Origin: the human T2T-CHM13v2.0 reference genome, Homo sapiens
NCBI RefSeq assembly: GCF_009914755.1
Contig: NC_060936.1
Length of the DNA stretch: 64,000 nt
Direction: 5' to 3' (one strand)
The notes under the pieces were generated by a model. It was not told the origin of the DNA and did not search any database. It saw nothing but the letters and a program-made list of their open reading frames with translations. Positions 15,747 through 35,316 of the stretch are shown here, in pieces (positions within the stretch are counted from its first letter, which is position 1; each line of letters opens with the position of its first letter). Position numbers and translations under genes: made by a program.

Positions 15747-17096
15747 CCTTAAAGAAACATTTGGGCATACCGTAACTTTCCTCTTGTTGCAATTCTGCGT
15801 GGTGGCTCAGACCCCTGGGGACCTACCAAGCCTGCTCTGCACAGTTGATGCTAACGTGCTGCCCCACTGGGGCGCAGGAATGAGGTGTTAGCAGTAACCA
15901 AGAGTTGCGTGTGTCTACACTGTTGTGAGAGGAGGGAAATGTACCTGCAGCAGCACCTGTTCCTTTGACACCCTGGACCTGACCCACATGATCACAGTAG
16001 AGACGGAAGTCCAGCCATTTACTCCCTTCCCATTCCTCTCTCACTACACAGAGTCACTGTGGTCTCCAAGGTTACGATCCTGGTTCTCCTCCTCCGCCTG
16101 AGCGGAGACTCAGTAGCAAGACACACATGGCCGAGTCCTTCACCAGAGCCCCTTTGCATGGACCCCATGGTGCTTTCCTGGGGAATGAGGCTGGATGCCA
16201 GAAACCCAGCCCGACTCCTGTGCTCCAAGGCTCAAGAACACTCAGAGCACCCCTCTGAAGACCCCCCTTGAGCAGATGCCCTCAAGGTCTAACCGGCTCA
16301 GGAGGGTCCCCAGAGCTCGGTGATGCTGGCTCAGAGAACCTGGGTAACGGAAAGGAGAGGCAGCTTTTCCCACTCACTGTCTCTGACACAAGCTCATTCT
16401 CCACAGTCATGTGAGTTTCCCAAACACCCTCCTCCCTCTGGCGTGTCTCTCTCAAGCCTCAGTCCAGTGAATGTGATTTATGAAAGGCCGTGAGGTCAGG
16501 CCCACTCATGGCAACAGCCTCAGCCCCTTCCCCGGCCTCTAACCCATTCTTCTTCAGTTACGCTTTCCGTGCTCCTTCCTGATTTGCTCATCCCCAGAGA
16601 CGGATGACCAGGGCTGTGAGCTCTGGTGTCAGAGTTCATTCCAGATGCAGGCTTGAAACTGAAGGAGCCAAGTCAGCCCCCTAAGGAAGGTTATAATTGC
16701 TAAAGGAAATACTGAGGAGGGAGGTGGATGGATGCGCTATGGCTGAGAGATTGTGTGTCTTGGGACCTTGGCAACTCAAACTTCTCCACAAAAGCAGAGA
16801 AGGAACAAGGAGAAAGTCAGTGGCAGCTGGACCCCAAGGCCACCAGCACCCCAGCAGTGACTGTGTCTAAAGCAAGGTCATCCACGTAGATGACTGCAGT
16901 GAGAATGGATACTCAGCTGCAGAGCGAGAATGAGCTCTCATTATTAGCGGCCGTTTTAAAATCATTTAACAATCTGGGCTAAGGGCTGTTGAGAATATAA
17001 AACAGTGTGAGCCAAGGAACTTAGCATCTGGTTAGAAAGGTAAAACTAATTCATAAATACACATTGAATGCGAATAAAAGGCCATATGTGATAGGT

Positions 17097-17152
17097 TCAT
17101 AATGAACTTATTCGACAAGCCTGTATTGAGTGCCTACTGTGTGCTAGAGACT
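17097..17152 (-). mobile_element. L2 3' end fragment
   Basis: tattgagtgcctactgtgtgctag. Confidence 0.6.
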
Positions 17153-17169
17153 TCAGTTCCTTTTTAAGA

Positions 17170-20755
<3,586 letters not shown>

Positions 20756-21042
20756 AGTTACCTAGATTTTTTGGCTAGAGAGTGACATAACAAAAGTGGC
20801 ATTTAAGGAAAGACATAAACTATCAGAAGGCAGGGCTTTGTTGTGATTAGCTTGTGTGGATGATATCAAACAGAATAAACTGGAGATGAACCATTCAATC
20901 AATGATGACTGATCGAAATAAAGTGCACAGGCTCACTTCTGAGATGGTGGTAACTTTGGCAGACAACGCAAAACTTATTTTTCTTTGACGTGACTACTTA
21001 GCTTCAAAAGTTCATATACACTTCGACTCCCTAAAAGAGAGG

Positions 21043-21200
21043 AGGCTTTAGGGTCAGACAGACTTGGTTTGAAACACAATTATAACACTTGAGGCCTTGA
21101 TCTCCTTGTCTGTAATATGGGATGCTGCATAACTTCACAGGGCTCTGAAGGAATCAAATGAGATGACCCATGCAGACTGCCTGGCCCGTGTCCTGGACAT
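21043..21200 (+). mobile_element. MIR
   Basis: ggctttagggtcagacagacttgg...tctgtaatatggg...aaatgagatga. Confidence 0.65.
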
Positions 21201-21309
21201 CCTGGACCTCCTGGCACAGGGCAAATTCTTCATAAGCTTACTTCCCTTCTCTTCCTTGTCTTGCAGAGTTGCAGTGGGTTTTATCCCAGTCTTTGTTGTT
21301 TCTGAAATG

Positions 21310-22824
<1,515 letters not shown>

Positions 22825-22980
22825 TGAAATAAATTTCAATACAATATTTACCCTAGATTTCATTCTAGGCTGAGACTAAATACACAGAATTTCAACCTAA
22901 ATTGAGTGATTTGGCAAAATTTCTAGAAACCTGGAAAAAGATGTGCTTTTTCCACAAAAATTGGTGGAACTATTTTCTCT

Positions 22981-23520
22981 TTTTTATTTTTATTTTTTGT
23001 GTTTGATAAAAGATACATAACATAAAATTAGCATGTTAGCAATTTTTAAGTGTATAATTCAGTGGCATTAAATATACACATATTGTTGTGCAACCACCAG
23101 CTCCCAAATTTTTAATCATCCCCAACTGGAATTCTGTATCTATTAAACCATAACTCTCCATTCCCTTCTCCCCCAGGTCTTCGGCCACCACCATTCTACT
23201 TTCTGTATCTCTGAGTTTGACTACTCTGAGTACCTCATATAAGTAGAATTATGCAGTTTTTGTCCTTGGGTGTCTGACTACTTCACTTAGCATAATGTCT
23301 CAGGATCATCCATGTTGTGGCCTGTGGCAGAATTTCATTCCTTTTTAAGACTGAATAATATTTCATTGTGTGGTTATACCACATTTTTGTTTATGCACTC
23401 ATCCACTGATGGACACTTGGATTGTTTGGCCACTGTGAATAACGTTGTTATGGATGGCTGTACAAATATCTCTTTGAGTCCCTGCCCTATTCTTTGGGTG
23501 TATGCCCAGGAGTGGATCAT
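22981..23520 (-). mobile_element. L1MB-like 3' end, antisense
   Basis: ttttaagtgtataattcagtggcatt; ccaccattctactttctg; tccactgatggacacttgg. Confidence 0.85.
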
Positions 23521-24164
23521 TCTCTCTTATACAAGACTCTAGACTTGTTCAAACATCTGCTCCTTTCCCTTCTTTCGTCAAGACCCCAGGGGGGTCTACA
23601 GGGGGACCCACTGGGCCACTAGGGGGAGCTCCCCACCCTGGGATTTGGTGGGGTCTCTGGCTTGTTTTGTGATCTCTAGCTTGGTGGAAGTAAAGGAAAA
23701 CAGAGAAAAATGAAGGAAATGGCAGCCCCCACCCCCCAAGCCATTTCTCGTGGGTTTTTGTTCTGTGGAGTTCCAAGCACCACCTGGAAATTGCTTTATT
23801 AAAAGCAACACCTCTCTGGCCACAGGGGTGAGAAAGGGAGGTAAGAATCAAAGGATGGCCCTTTCCTCAGTTCTCAGTTTGGGGAAAATTGGTTTCCTGC
23901 CTCACTGTGAACTTGAACAGATTAAATAAAAAGCACTTCGTCTTATACATTTCTCTCAAGCTTTCCAGCCAATGCATCCTCTTCCACTATTTATAGAATT
24001 AGGGCCAGCATGGTAGATTTCCTGTCCTGAGTAATTGTAGGAAGGTAGGCTCTGAAAAGTAGGAATAAAGAACCAATTCCCAGTTTGTGGTAGGTGGAGG
24101 CAGAATTTGGCCTAAACAGCAGCAAGGGTCTCCCGATTTCTCTCCCGACAGGCTTTTCTACAAC

Positions 24165-24300
24165 TGGGTGTGAAGCCTGACCTGGACTCCTGCTAGTTGT
24201 GTGATTGTGGGAGGTAATTTGGCCTCTTTAAGCCTCAGTTTTCTCATCTGTGAAATGGGATAACAGAGTCAACCTCATCGTGTTGCTGTAAGGATTAAAT
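24165..24300 (+). mobile_element. MIR
   Basis: agcctcagttttctcatctgtgaaatgggataac (MIR core). Confidence 0.8.
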
Positions 24301-26439
24301 TCCTTAGTACACCATAACCTCTCAATTAGAATGGATTATGACTGTTGTTTTCCTGATGCTATCATAATTCTCCTGCAGAAGTTAGTCCTGGGTGGGAGCT
24401 GCTGTCCCTGCACGTAACTTCCTCACACCCCATGCCAGTACAGTATAGAAAAGCTACAGTGCAACTGACAAAGTGCCTACATGTAGTAACAATAGAAATA
24501 TCCTAATCTGAAGCTTTTCCTGGGAGCTGGACTCCAGAGTCCGTGCTGCAGAGGCAGTGGTTTTAAAGCTGCATTGTGCTGGAGATGTTCCCTCCCATGA
24601 CCCCGTCACCTCCACCTCCACCACAGCCACCATGCCTAGGATCACAGTGCAGGTGTCTACTGAGGGACAGCAGAAAGGGGGTGGCCAGGGCCTGGCTCAG
24701 GAGGAGCGAACACCTCCTTTCTCTTACCCAAGCCGGGAACAAGGACCAAAGAGAATCTACTTCCTTCCTTCCTTCTCTCTCAGCTGCCCTCTAGGGCAGA
24801 GAAGTGGTCAAATGGGGAGTCACAGAATCAGCCCCAGGTTAAGCAGTTCTTGTTGGTGGACCAGCCGAGTGACGAAGGGTTAGACAGGAAGGGATGCACA
24901 CTGGGCTGCCCCCACCTTGTCCTGGTGCCGCCCCCTCCCTGGTTCTGGGGCTGCCTCCTGCATGTCCACGGGCTACCCCCTACCTGGTGTTGGGACTTCT
25001 GTTCCCAGCCCCAGGATCCAAGTTGATACCTGTGGATTCCGCGGCTCAAAACGTCCTTTGTTGCTACCGGGCAGTCAGCCACTCCTTGACCCCAGTGAGA
25101 TGGAAGATAACGTCTCGGTGGGGTTTTGTAGGAAAAACCAGGTCTAGGCTGGGGGCGGGGTGTGAACAGGGGTGACGGTGCTCCTGGCGTGGGAGAAGAC
25201 ACACCCCTGCAGCACGGTGCACACCCAGCCCACCATCTTGGCAGATGGCTTCTGGAGCCCAGGACTGGGTAGGGCAGAACTGCAGGCCCCTGGCAGTTCC
25301 GTGGGGCCCCGTGGTGAACCCCGCCTCACCAGGTGTGCTCGTCCCTGCCTCCCGTCCTCCGCCCTCTGGGAGCAGGGCTGGGATTCTACTACTCTTCGTT
25401 CCAAACAGTGGTGAGACTCCGCCGGGGCCCCTCCAGCCCTTGGCACTGGCTGGCAGACAACAGCCTGAGGCTCCTCCCAGGCAGAGGTGGGGTCCTCCCA
25501 GGGCTGCCCACCGGTCGTCCTCTCTCGCATCCTCTCAGGGCTCTCCATGTTCAAGTTCCCCCAGCTCCAGTCCTCCCTCTCCTATTTCTGGCAGCTCTTA
25601 AGACAGCTGCTCCCCAGAGAAGAGACTCCCCTTCCTCTCCCCGTCTTGTTCCAGCTGCCAACCTGCATGATTCATTCCTGTCTCCCCACCGCATAAAAGG
25701 CACTCAGGCCATTGCTTGTGCCTAAGTAAATATTTATGTGCTCAGCATTTGTAGCGAGTGAGTGTCCTCTGTCTGTCTGGGTCACTGTTGTCAGTCACTG
25801 TGGCAAGCAGGGCCATGCCAAGGGTTCTCTAAGTGCAAAGCAAGAAGGTTTTAAAGTACTGATTGTGGTCAGATTTATTCTGATCCTTTAATTGTTACAA
25901 TGAAGGCATCTTTAAAACACACAATCAAAACCCCACCCATGGAGGAAGAATCCTGAGGACTGTGGATTGCTTGACATGGGCTTGGTTACCTGGGCAGGGC
26001 CTTCCCTGGTCCACTCCTGGAGACCCTTGTCCCTGTAACTTACTGCAAACCCAGATGTACATTTAAATTAAAGAAGGCGAGTAGCTCCTGGCTGCCTGCC
26101 ACCGGCTAGATGATGGGGGAGCCCTAAGCAGAGTCGCCCAAGGGAGTGGACTCTGGGCAGGCTGCTGCCAGGGTGGTGGGGTCTGAAGGTACTGGAAGGC
26201 TCTCAGGATCTCAGCAGCTTCCCCACCCACTCTGGGGCCCTGGAATGTCTCCTCCGTGCGATGCCCTGGTGCCTGAAATTCCACCACTGCATTTTGTAGC
26301 TTTTGCTGTGGATCTTGTAGCTTTCTGTTTCCAGAAATTCCAGCTTAAAATGCACCACAAATGTCAGCCCAAGAATAAAACAGGCAGGTGGGGATACAGG
26401 TCATGTTATCAAGCTACAAGAAAGGCAAAAGGAAAATTA

Positions 26440-26823
<384 letters not shown>

Positions 26824-27096
26824 TCATCAGTACTTTGCAGGAGGACAAAGTGACTAGATGGTGCTTCTCTCTCCCAGGCTAGTTCCTTCTTGCCCTGTTC
26901 TCTCCTTATCTGTTACTCTCCTATCGACTCAGGTTTGGGGCACGAAAATCAGCACCTCCAATACCTTTCTAAGCCTATACAGACCTATGGTATTTATCTG
27001 TTCATTCTTCTGTCAGAACACAAAAGCGTTCAAGGCTCATAATTTGAAACATGAAATGAAAAAAATCACTGGATATAATTTCCATCTCTTCGGTAA

Positions 27097-27290
<194 letters not shown>

Positions 27291-27358
27291 CTCACCTTCT
27301 TTATTATGGCCAATGCATGAAGTCTTGGAGAGGACTTCTAGGAATGGAGGAATGTTAG

Positions 27359-27694
<336 letters not shown>

Positions 27695-28081
27695 GTGACT
27701 GCTATTTTCTATGGACCATTTCATTGACCAACATACTCAGGAACCTCAACAATTAACAAAGGATGCTAATGTTAGTTATGTATTAGGACCCAGATGCTTG
27801 TACAGTTGTCTCTGGGTACCCCCTGGGGGATTGGTTCCAGGACCCTCATGATATCAAAATCTATCAAAATCTATGAATGCTCAAGTCCCTAATATAAAAT
27901 GGGATAGTATTTGCATATAACCTACACACATCCTCCCAAATACTTTAAATCATCTCTAGATTACTTATAATACCCAATACAATGTAAATGTGATATAAGT
28001 AGTTGTTACACTGTATTGCTTTTTGTTTATATTATTTTTTGTTGTTGCATTATTATTTTTTATTTCTTAAAAACATTTTCA

Positions 28082-28705
<624 letters not shown>

Positions 28706-29026
28706 AAATATTGTCAATCTGAGGTTGGTTGACTCTGTGAACGTGGGACCCACAAATAGGGAGGGCCAATTGTTTAAATACATAGAGTGAAAAATATCAG
28801 AGAGAAAGGAAGAGTGCCAGGCTAAATGCTTTAAGCTTAACATTTGAATATTTAAAAACTTCAATTGTTAAACAATTGTCCATTACAATGATGCATTTTC
28901 ACTTATTACTGTTTGTCTCTGGTGATACAATCATTTTTTTCTGAAGCCAAACAAGTGCTTCAGATAAGACATTCTAGCAAAGATCACAGCTCATAGGGTG
29001 GAATTCAATAGTTTATAAATGCTTTT

Positions 29027-29345
<319 letters not shown>

Positions 29346-30799
29346 TCAGGAGACAAACCATTACTTCCTTGAGATGTCTGGATTACCTGTGGGTTTCCTT
29401 TATCATCCTTGTTAGTACCATTTAGCAAAAGCTAACATGATGGCGGAACCCAGGACCCAGTCTCAGCTCAGGGTGCGCACACCTGGTCCCTGGCAAGACC
29501 AAGCAGGAAGAAGCCAGGATGGCGGAAGACCTCAAAGACTCCAGTTCTCGCCAGCCCCTCTGCCGCCCTCCACTGCAATGCGGTCCCAGGGAACTTAAGT
29601 GATGTGTTTCCTGGGCCTGGGGCAGGGGGTGCCACGGCTCTTCTGGGCTACCCTGTACCTGTCAGCAAGCCTCTCTCCTCCCGAAAGCTCACTGGACGCT
29701 GGGCCTTTGGGATCCCTGGCTGAGTTCAGGATCAGAATGACCTGTGGAGCCTTAGAAGTCACAGACCAGAGGCACAGCCTTGGAAACTGGACTTTAAACA
29801 TTCTTTCCCAGGAGATTCCGATAAACCAGGGACTCAACCCTCACTTCACTAGGAAGCCCCTCCAGGAGCTGTCTGTGAGTGAACAACTTTGAGACACCCT
29901 CTGGTCACCTGGCACAGGTGTGCCTCCCACCCTGGGCAGCCACGTGGGAGGGGTCAGCCTCCCCTGACAGCTGGAGAGGCCACTTTAGTGTCCTTGTGGG
30001 AGCTTGTGGCCATCCTTTCTCCCTTTCCTGGCTGGCCTCTCCTTCGGTATCTGCATTTTCTGTCGTCCTAACAGTCTCTGGAGAGGAAGGAAGAAGGGGC
30101 TGCTCTCGCTCTGGAATGCCAGCCCCCTGCTGAGTTCCTGCCGCCCTCTCTTCCTTGCTCCCAGCCCCCTCTACCAACAGGAACGGCCAATGCTCCTGGC
30201 TTTGCCTCTCTCTGCCTTTGTGCGTGTCTTACTGTGGCTCTCTTATTGTGGAACACACATCACTCGACCCGAGGGCTCCCTGCTGCACCCTCCAGTCTGC
30301 GCTCTCCTCTTCCTAAACTTGTGGGCCCTGTCTACACAGGTTGCTCACTCCGCCATCTCTCTCGCCTTGCCCTCTGGCCTTCGTATTTATCAGTTCACTT
30401 TTTGAAACTGCACCTCCAGCCACCCTGACCTCTAACGCTCCTTACATTCCCTGTTTCTTGCCGTCAACACTTGAATGCCCCCTTGACCTTAAAAGTAAGT
30501 GTCTTGGAGTCAGATTCACTGTCTTCCTCTCAAACCTCCATCTTTCTCCATTTCCCCTTTGACTCCATCATAGCTTTGTTTACTCTTGGGGAGTATTTAG
30601 ACCCATGCTCTTTACAGGTGAGGATCCAAGAAGGGGAGTGACCTTCCCCAGGGGAAACCAGCTCCTTAGGAAGAGAGAGGGAAGGAGAAGCTCGGCCACC
30701 ACCCTTAGTCCTGATGGCCTTGAGCCGCCAGGGGCTCTGGCACCAGAGGCATGTGGCCTGGGCATCTGATGTTCATTTCATTTCCATTTGCTTGTGTCC

Positions 30800-30912
30800 T
30801 GGCCCCACTATAAGAACAAAGCTCCTTGAGGGCAGGCACCCTGTCTCCGTTTCCTCTGAAATGTCCCTCAGTATAGAAAGCATTAAAGGGCTTCAGTCAA
30901 AGTTGAGATGAG
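30800..30912 (+). mobile_element. L2 3' end fragment
   Basis: aagctccttgagggcagg...ctgtct. Confidence 0.55.
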
Positions 30913-31069
30913 GGAAAAAGGAGGCATATGGGGATGTTAGAGTCTCCAAAGGGAAAATGGTATTTCTTGTCAATCATAATTCCAAAGAGTGCCTTGTTTT
31001 TTGGTCAAGCATTTGAGTAGTTCATTAACAGGATCACATTCATTAGCTTTTCCCATTTGCTCGCCATTC

Positions 31070-31214
31070 TTTTGTTTGTTTGCTTGTTTTTAAGAGATGG
31101 GGGGGGGTCTCACTTTGTTGCCCAGGCTGGTCTCGAACTCCTGGCCTCAAGCAATCCTCCCACCTCAGTTTCTCAAAGTGCTGGGATTACAGGCGTGAGC
31201 CACCGCACCCGGCC
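31070..31214 (-). mobile_element. Alu monomer (FLAM_C-like)
   Basis: Left-arm-only antisense monomer with (TTTG)n tail. Confidence 0.85.
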
Positions 31215-31529
31215 CCCATTTTCTCTTTATGGGACCTTGACGAGTGGTACTGATGAAATGATGAAACTCTTCCCATTGCAATTGGCTAGAGTCTCCAGAT
31301 TTTGCCAGTTTTTAGTGACACCTTCAACTGCTTCATTCTAGGCATTAGTAAAGCAGTAATTCATTAAAGGGACAATTTAGGATTCTGTCTTCTCTTGGGA
31401 GGAGTTCAAGGATAGAGCATCCCATTAGAGTGGACAACAGAAAATGAGGTCACGTCTATTCAATCATAATAATGCAATTATTAATACTGATTGAACATAT
31501 ACTACGTGTAATAAATAGTACTGGATTCC

Positions 31530-31832
31530 TTTTTTCTGTCTGTTTTAGACAGGGTCTCACTCTATCGCCCAGGCTGCTGGAGTGCAGTGGTGTATAATCA
31601 CGGCTCGCTGCAGCCTCGACCTCCCGAGCTCAAGTAATCCGCTTGCCTCACCCTCCTGAGCAGCTGGGACTACAGGTGCACACCAAAACACCCACCTAAT
31701 TTTTGTGTTTTTTGTAGAGTCAGGGTTTTGCCATGTTGCCTAGGTTGTTCTGGAACTCCTGAGGTCAAGTGATCTGCCCGCCTCAGCCTCCCAAAGTGCT
31801 GGGATTACAGGCGTGAACCACCATGCCCAGCC
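31530..31832 (-). mobile_element. AluJ inserted in a MIR (MIR ~31470-31995)
   Basis: TSD agtact(t)ggattc; MIR ttttagatgagaaaaccgaggcttagagag downstream. Confidence 0.9.
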
Positions 31833-32150
31833 AGTACTTGGATTCTTTATGTGTGTTCTTCGACTTCTCACATTGCCATAGATAGGTGATCTTACCACTG
31901 CTACCTTTTAGATGAGAAAACCGAGGCTTAGAGAGATGAGTGTCTTGCTCAAGATCACACAGGTGTTGAGTCTGAAGTTCACCTCTGAGGACTGACCTGG
32001 CGCCCTGCTCAGCAACCATGCTGTCTTCTCCCTGGAGGGGCACTAACTTCTCTTTTGGGGAGAGGTGGCTAGAGGAGAGCCTTCCAAGTGAGATGAGTAA
32101 GGCTGTCATCATTCTGATGAATCTTCATTAAGATAAAACTAGAGGGCCAC

Positions 32151-32501
32151 TGTATTTGTCCGTTTTCACACTGCTGATAAAGACATACCTGAGCCTGGGC
32201 AATTTACAAAAGAAAGAGGTTTAATTGGACTTACGCTTCCACATGGCTAGGGAGGCCTCACTGTCATGGCAGAAGGCACAGAGGAGCAAAGTCACATATT
32301 TCGTGGTTGGCAGCAGGCAAAAAGAGAGCTTGTGCCGAAAAACTTCCCCTTATAATAACCATCAGATCTCATGGGACTTACTATCAGGAGAACAGCACCG
32401 GAAAGACCTGCCCCATGATTTAATTACCTCCCACCGGGTCCCTCCCACAACACGTGCGAATTCAAGACGAAATTTGGTTGGGACACAGCCAAACCATATC
32501 A
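32151..32501 (-). mobile_element. THE1(B)-type MaLR solo LTR
   Basis: tgtatttgtccgttttcacactgctgataaagacatacc...gacacagccaaaccatatca; 5-bp TSD gccac (32146-32150 and 32502-32506). Confidence 0.93.
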
Positions 32502-32815
32502 GCCACTCACAGTGGTGCACACCTGTAATCCCAGCACTTTGGGAGGTCGAAGTGAGAGAATCGCTTGAGCTCAGGGGTTTGAGACCAGCCTGGGAAACAT
32601 AGCAAAACCCTGTCTCTACAAAAAATATGAACATTAGCCAGCTATGGTGGCATGTGCCTGTAGTCCCAGCTACTCAGGAGGCTGAGGTGGGAGGATCGCT
32701 TGAGCATGGGAGGTTGAGGCTGCAGTCAGCCATGATCATGCCACGGCACTCCAGCCTGGGTGACAGAGTAAGACTCTGTCTCAAAAAAAAAAAAAAAAAA
32801 AAAAAAAAGAAAAGC
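32502..32815 (+). mobile_element. AluJ (5' tip separated by the THE1 insertion)
   Basis: ggaggatcgcttgagc, gaggctgcagt J features; long A-tail. Confidence 0.92.
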
Positions 32816-33219
32816 AGTTTATAAACTGGTAAGCTCTATGCACATATGAGGTATTAAGAACGGTCTTCTGCTTTTATAAAAATTCCTTTATGCTGCTGAC
32901 ATCCTGGTATGAACTTTTTCCTCTACAGGTCCACTGCAGAGCCAGATTAGAACTCATGATAGCAGCTTCCTTCTTACCAACCCTGCTGCCTTCAGCACTT
33001 AGAAATCCCCCGATCCAGCTGTCCCAAATTGTCTTGGCTATTGTGAGTCTGTGGCGGTAATCTATGGATAGTGTCTGGATATTTGGGTCAGATTCTGCCA
33101 GTTTTTAAAAAGCCCTCTTTCTTAGCAAAACCGTGACTTCTATGTTACGTCCAGACAACGAGCAGAAACTGAGCACTGAACAACACAGTACCACAGGCAA
33201 TGGGGTCAAGTGCCTGTGA

Positions 33220-33620
<401 letters not shown>

Positions 33621-34740
33621 TTCTGTGCATCTTAAAGAACACCTTTGAAAGGTGCCAGAGAAGCAGACTGGGATGGAGTAGAGGGTTGCCCTGCAACAGG
33701 GGTACTTTCTTCCTGCACCCAGAAGCGGCTGGACAGCAGTGTTCTGAAGCTCCTCCCCCTGGCACTGGGGGTGGTGAAACGGAGCAGTCCACCGAAGAGC
33801 ATGCCTGAGGACCAGCACTCAGCCCCACATGCACCTGGCAGGAAAGCCACTGAGATCCCAGCCACGCAGGAGTCTCAGCCTCCTCTCTGACTAGTTCTGA
33901 TAGGGTTTTCGTTAGACTTTCTGGCTGGGAAGGGACCTCTGAGTGTGGATGGGGGCCTGCGAGGGCATGACCAGGAGTGGGGAGCAGTGTCCTCAATAAA
34001 AAGAGCAGTGATCATTACATATTTGCATAGGGCCAAATATTCTTTCTTTTCTCTTTTTTTCTTCTATTTCCTTCCTTACTTTCTTGTGTCCTTTCTTTTT
34101 AATCACAAATGCCAAATTGGAATATGCCTTGTTTGGCAGAGAAGGCAAGAGACCCCACCCAACAGTCACAGACAAAACATGGGTGAGATTTGTCTGCATT
34201 CCCATCAGTGCCTGCCTTCAGAGCTGGAGGTAGCTGCCCCAGCAGTCCAGTGACTCAAGCTATGGGGTGCTTACCACTTCCCTTGGGGAATCTGGCCCAC
34301 GTCTCTGCTGTCTCCTCATTCAAACGTTTTCCCAGCTACTCAGCCACAAGCTCCTTTCCCGGGGGCACTGCAGCTTCCCTCCCTGTGCCACAAGTTTTGA
34401 CTCATCTTGGACAGAGATGGTGGGGGTAGGGGACTTACAGAGCATTCAGCTGGGGTTGCTGTCGTCTGTCACTTGCTCTCATCCTAGACTGTCAGCTCAG
34501 GGCCAAGCAAAGTCATCCCTTGTTGCTTCTTCTAGGCTTCAAATTAGAGGTCGGCCTCTCCACACCTCATTCTTCAGACTGTAAACTTCCTGAAGGTGGG
34601 AACTGGTCTCATTCATCTCTGGGTGTTTAGGGCTCAACAAATGAAGCGAATCTTCAGTTTCTCCCATGTTGCATTCTGGAGTAATCAGGGTCTGGGGAAC
34701 AAGACTTCCCCCCGACCTCCCACGAAGACCCTAACTCCAT

Positions 34741-35021
<281 letters not shown>

Positions 35022-35264
35022 GACCCTAACACTAGAACTGATGTTTTATTCTGAGGAAGAGAGAAACTGAGCCTGCTTGAAATTTGGCAAAGCGGATTCA
35101 AAGCTTTTTTGCTTGCTTTAGGCCAACTCTCCTCATATCATCTGTCCCCAAGATAAAGCCTTGAACTAGCTTCCCTCCAGCAGCAGGCAGGCTCCCCACA
35201 ACAATTATAGGCCATGCATTTATGGTTGCTGGACCTGGTCTCATAAACCCCATTCATTCACTCC

Positions 35265-35316
35265 GAGGTGAGAAAAGTCACAGTGCACCTGAGGTGAGAA
35301 AAGTCACGGTGCACCT
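35265..35316. repeat. 26-bp tandem duplication (2 copies)
   Basis: gaggtgagaaaagtcac(a/g)gtgcacct x2. Confidence 0.92.
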
